Of a DNA stretch of 64,000 bases, positions 60,073 through 64,000 are shown in pieces. Position numbers and translations under genes: made by a program. Numbering within the stretch: the stretch's first letter is position 1; each line of letters opens with the position of its first letter. The notes under the pieces were generated by a model. The model made no database searches. It was not told the DNA's origin and was given only the letters and a program-made list of their open reading frames with translations. Source of the stretch: Candidatus Poribacteria bacterium (GTDB lineage: Bacteria > Poribacteria > WGA-4E > WGA-3G); contig CBDANF010000003.1 in assembly GCA_965197475.1 (NCBI GenBank), forward strand, positions 2,784,001 to 2,848,000. The letters run 5' to 3'.

Positions 60073-62016
60073 ATGAAAGAAGATGAACGCCTGAAATCAC
60101 ACGGAGTCACATGGAAATCTGTTGCCATTACACTTGTGCTGATTCCGTTCAATTTCTATTGGATCATCGCTGGCGAAGTTGGTCTTGTCGGTTATGCGCT
60201 CAATACTTATGCCGTCCCGTTTTACAATGTCGTCTTTGTTGTTTTTGCATTCACCCTAATTAATCTTGCCGTTCGATACACATCCCGAATCCGCCTGCTC
60301 ACCGATGCGGAACTCCTCACCATCTACATACTGCTTAGCACCGCTTGCGCATTTCCTTCCATCACCCTCATGACGATTCTCGTCACAACCGTCGGACACG
60401 CCTTCTGGTTCGCAACCCCCGAAAACGAATGGAATCAGTTATTTTGGGATTACCTCCCCAGATGGCTTCTCGTGGACGACCCGAAAACACTTGCTGGATA
60501 CTATACAGGCGAAACCAATCTCTCAACACTAAAAATCCTTAGTGGGTGGATAGTGCCAATATTATCTTGGACGCTTTTCATCACGGCACTTGTCCTCGTA
60601 ATGTTGTGTATCAATGTCATCTTACGAAAACAGTGGATAGAACGAGAACGACTCGCATATCCGATTACACAGATTGCGTTTCATCTCACGCATAACACGA
60701 AATCGCTGTTTTCACACCGTATCACATGGGTTGGCTTCGGGATTGCAGCATCTATTGCAATACTCAACGGTTTTAGTTTTCTGTATCCCACGATTCCTTC
60801 CCTACCGATTAAGCGAATCGGTGGCTGGCAAGGGTTTGGGCATCTATTCACAGAAAAGCCGTGGAACGCCATCGGCGGCATCAGTATGTCCTACTACCCG
60901 TTTGTCATCGGATTGGGGTTGTTGATGCCTCTTGACCTTTCCTTCTCCAGTTGGTTTTTCTTCTTTTTCTATAAAGCGCAATTAGTATTCTCAAGTGCCG
61001 TTGGACTGTCCAGTTTACCCGGATTTCCATACATAGATCGCCAATGCTTTGGTGCTGCCATCGGGATTTTCATATCTGTCTTAGTGCTGAACCTACGTCA
61101 TTTTCGCGGTGTATTCCGGATTGCACGGAAACGTACAGGTGAAGATTCTGCCGAACCCATTCCGTACAGATTCGCACTGTGGGGTATTGTTGGTGGACTT
61201 GCCATACTATTTATTTTTTCCAAACGTATTGGCATGTCATTATGGTTAATACCGCTGTTTTTTGCAATCTATTTCATCATCGTTCTGGTATTGACGCGTA
61301 TGCGCGCGGAACAGGGGTTTCCCGTGCATGCGATGGAAAACATGCCGAATCATCATATCCTCATTGATAGTTTCGGCACGCGGACATTAGGAACAAACAA
61401 CCTTGTCGCCTTAACGCTATTCCGATGGTTCAATCGGAGTTACACAAGCAACCCGATGCCGCATCAGTTAGAGGGTTTCAAACTATCGGAACGTTCCAGC
61501 ATTGCACCACGACGTTTGTTCTTCGCACTACTTGGGATTTCTGCGTTTGCCTCAATCATGGTATTCGGTGTTATTCTCTACATCTTCTACACGTATGGTG
61601 CTTTGAACATGAGTGGGAGTAGCAGTTGGTCTATAGGTTTCGGTGAACGTGTTTTCAGTGGACTCCAACGGTGGCTTTATTATCCTACCGAACCGAATTT
61701 CTATGCAAGCGGTGGTATTGTTATCGGTTTGCTTTTTTCGACGCTTCTGATGTTTATGCGAGCGCGGTTCTTCTGGTGGCCCTTTCATCCGATTGGGTTT
61801 GTTGTCTCAAGCGATTGGGGAATGCGATATTTGTGGAGTTGTATGCTGATCAGTTCTGTCGTGAAGTGGTCGGTGTTGAGAATCAGCGGTCCACGTGCAT
61901 CTCAGCAACTCGTGATGTTTGCTGTTGGATTGATGTTAGGCGATTTTACCGTAGGCGGTATCTGGAGTCTTATTAGCGTTGTGACGCAGCAACCGATGTA
62001 TAATTTCTGGCCGTAA
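60073..62016 (+). CDS. Multi-pass membrane protein (DUF6785/DUF6784-like)
   Basis: About 15 TM segments; LRKQW.ERERLAYP, WWPFHPIG. Confidence 0.75.
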   Translation: MKEDERLKSHGVTWKSVAITLVLIPFNFYWIIAGEVGLVGYALNTYAVPFYNVVFVVFAFTLINLAVRYTSRIRLLTDAELLTIYILLSTACAFPSITLMTILVTTVGHAFWFATPENEWNQLFWDYLPRWLLVDDPKTLAGYYTGETNLSTLKILSGWIVPILSWTLFITALVLVMLCINVILRKQWIERERLAYPITQIAFHLTHNTKSLFSHRITWVGFGIAASIAILNGFSFLYPTIPSLPIKRIGGWQGFGHLFTEKPWNAIGGISMSYYPFVIGLGLLMPLDLSFSSWFFFFFYKAQLVFSSAVGLSSLPGFPYIDRQCFGAAIGIFISVLVLNLRHFRGVFRIARKRTGEDSAEPIPYRFALWGIVGGLAILFIFSKRIGMSLWLIPLFFAIYFIIVLVLTRMRAEQGFPVHAMENMPNHHILIDSFGTRTLGTNNLVALTLFRWFNRSYTSNPMPHQLEGFKLSERSSIAPRRLFFALLGISAFASIMVFGVILYIFYTYGALNMSGSSSWSIGFGERVFSGLQRWLYYPTEPNFYASGGIVIGLLFSTLLMFMRARFFWWPFHPIGFVVSSDWGMRYLWSCMLISSVVKWSVLRISGPRASQQLVMFAVGLMLGDFTVGGIWSLISVVTQQPMYNFWP

Positions 62017-62119
62017 GGTGAGACATGAGTTTCACATGCTAACCTGATCTTGAGATGTTTTAATTTGAGAAATCGTTAGAAATGTGCTACAATTCAATAT
62101 CAGTTTGGAAGATATTGGA

Positions 62120-62356
62120 ATGGATTTTGAAATTGTTGGAGAAATCAAGCAAATCGAAACTATTAGTCGTGGTAGTGGCATTCGGAACCAGGCGCGGTTA
62201 CACCGTCAGTACGGTCAAGGAAAATGGCGCAAGTTAAAGGGGGTGGCATACGTCCGCTTGGTTGATGGCTCAATACATCTTGCCGAAATTCATTGGTATC
62301 AAGCTGATAACATTGGCAAGAAGGAATTCAAAATTAAACTCCCATTTCTGGATTAA
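62120..62356 (+). CDS. Small conserved protein, first of a TA-like pair
   Basis: YGQGKWRKLKG, AEIHWY..IGKKEFK. Confidence 0.7.
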   Translation: MDFEIVGEIKQIETISRGSGIRNQARLHRQYGQGKWRKLKGVAYVRLVDGSIHLAEIHWYQADNIGKKEFKIKLPFLD

Positions 62357-62358
62357 AG

Positions 62359-62601
62359 ATGGATAAAAAAGAGAAACAATTTCCGCAATTCGGTCTATGT
62401 CTCAATAACGAAGAATATACTGCTTCTCTTGAAGTGGGAAAGGTATATCGCGTCATTCCTGACGATGAGGCAGCGGCTCACGGCTATATTCGCGTTATAG
62501 ATGAAAGCGGCGAAGATTATGCCTATACTGCTAACCGTTTTCACCTAATTCAGCTGCCAATTGCTGTTGAAAAGGCGTTGTTATCTGCCTTACGAACATA
62601 G
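62359..62601 (+). CDS. Small conserved protein, second of a TA-like pair
   Basis: SLEVGKVY, IRVIDESGEDY. Confidence 0.7.
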   Translation: MDKKEKQFPQFGLCLNNEEYTASLEVGKVYRVIPDDEAAAHGYIRVIDESGEDYAYTANRFHLIQLPIAVEKALLSALRT

Positions 62602-62847
62602 AAACCATATCCATGGGATTCATGGAATCCGATGGATATGTCTCTTTAAAAGCACCTACAGTGCAGCAGCAGATTTGCTATATTCCCAAAACTTCAGTGG
62701 GCAAAATGTAAATCATTATAGGAAATAACTTTATCCATTTTGGCAATTTGACTTGCACGTAAGCATGAAATATGTTAAAATCAAAATAGTACAGACAGAA
62801 AAACCAGAGAATTTAATTTTGATTTCCAAGAAACAAGGAGTTACCTT

Positions 62848-63099
62848 ATGAAAAAACCGAATGTCGCTCCGAAAAAAATTACATCAAAATTTCCAAAATC
62901 TGGTTTATCTGATAAGGATATAGCAGTAACAGATGGAGATGTTCCACCTCCAAAAAAAGAGGGCGGACCTGTCCCAACCCCTGATTATACGCTTGAACAA
63001 CTTCTTGCTAATATACCAGAACCAGATCCCAAAGTGTCAAAGTCTAAGTCTTCCAAGGAAGTGGATACAGGAAAGCCGATAGGCAAGGAGGTGTGGTAA
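62848..63099 (+). CDS. MazE-like antitoxin C-terminal domain protein (orphan)
   Basis: YTLEQLLANI...EVDTGKPIGKEVW; RBS AAGGAG. Confidence 0.6.
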   Translation: MKKPNVAPKKITSKFPKSGLSDKDIAVTDGDVPPPKKEGGPVPTPDYTLEQLLANIPEPDPKVSKSKSSKEVDTGKPIGKEVW

Positions 63100-63278
63100 A
63101 CCCACAGATAAACAACAATTAATGACTGACGATTTGTGATTAAAACCTTAAATTGAAAAGTTCAAACTATGTGACTAAAACTAAAACTACAATTTTAACC
63201 TCAAACTTTGTTAACAAACATTTCTACTACAAAACAAATTTGCAAATTCTCTTTGAAAAACAAAAAATAATTTATTTA

Positions 63279-64000
63279 TAGTAGATCCTGAAAATAAGTT
63301 TACATTTTCTGTGATTTATGTTAGCCTTTATGATTATGGCATATTCAACAGATGGACGCAAACGCGTGCTTGATTTCATCAATAATGGTGGCAGTAAAGC
63401 CGCCGCAGAACGCACCTTCGGTGTCTCAAGAAGGACGATCTATAACTGGTTAGAAGCAGAAGACCCCTTTGCCTATGAGAAGCCGGGTCCCAAAGGGCCC
63501 CGACACATTGATTATGATGCGCTTCAACAACATGTTGCCGATTTTCCCGATAGCACACTCGCCGAACGTGCCAAACACTTCGGTGTTTCAACAAACGGCA
63601 TCTTTTATGCCTTGGCAAAACTCAATATCACGCGAAAAAAAAGACCACGACCTACAAAGAACAGTGTCCGGTAAAACGCCAAGAGTATCTCTCGGCACTT
63701 CAACAAGAGACACACGAGCATGGCAAAAAACCGGTTTATCTTGACGAAAGTGGTTTCACCGAAACCGATTTCCGTCGGTATGCTTATGCCCGAAAGGTGT
63801 CCGTGTTGAAGATAAAGTGCCAAGTCATCGGTATACCACCACAACCTTGATTGCGGCACGTCTTGATGGATGTTTCACAGTGCCTGTGCTTTTCGAAGGT
63901 AGTTGCGATGCGGTTGCCTTCAACGCATGGCTTTCGGAGATGTTATGTCCTTTGCTTGACGACAGCCACGTTGTGATTATGGATAATGCCTCTTTCCACA
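63279..64000 (+). mobile_element. IS630-family element (runs off window), frameshifted transposase
   Basis: OrfA MAYSTD from 63336; A8G slip site 63635-63643; OrfB YLDESGF, IMDNASFH; extra -1 lesion near 63790. Confidence 0.9.

Noticed and set aside
62606-62640. Imperfect palindrome CATATCCAT...ATGGATATG
   Set aside because: Single copy just after a stop codon; likely a terminator
63635-63643. A8G frameshift in the IS630 transposase
   Set aside because: Well-known programmed frameshift of this family, not novel

Overview
64-kb bacterial chromosomal segment, moderately AT-rich. The gene content (WD40+dockerin and WD40+TPR secreted proteins, PhyH dioxygenase, Gfo/Idh/MocA and TIM-barrel sugar enzymes, ECF sigma factors, DUF6785-like membrane protein) suggests Candidatus Poribacteria; this is an inference. 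Core genes: tRNA-Pro(GGG)-hom-yceD-rpmF-fabH-fabD-fabG-acpP-fabF-folK (no plsX), degP, a divergent EF-G, RNase G, a PorX-like regulator with a histidine kinase, and a sulfite/nitrite reductase. These alternate with accessory islets of toxin-antitoxin genes, secreted proteins, IS1595/IS5/IS630 elements and several MITE/REP families. Top observation: two related ~2-kb IS1595-family elements (2536-4505 and 31831-33910) each have an inward-facing sigma70 promoter at the right end. It precedes an ~80-nt RNA whose sequence differs between the copies but whose predicted fold is the same: a three-way junction with a 7-nt bulge complementary to a hairpin loop. Downstream lie variable cargo genes and one conserved small ORF, making this a candidate undescribed ncRNA-carrying cargo transposon.
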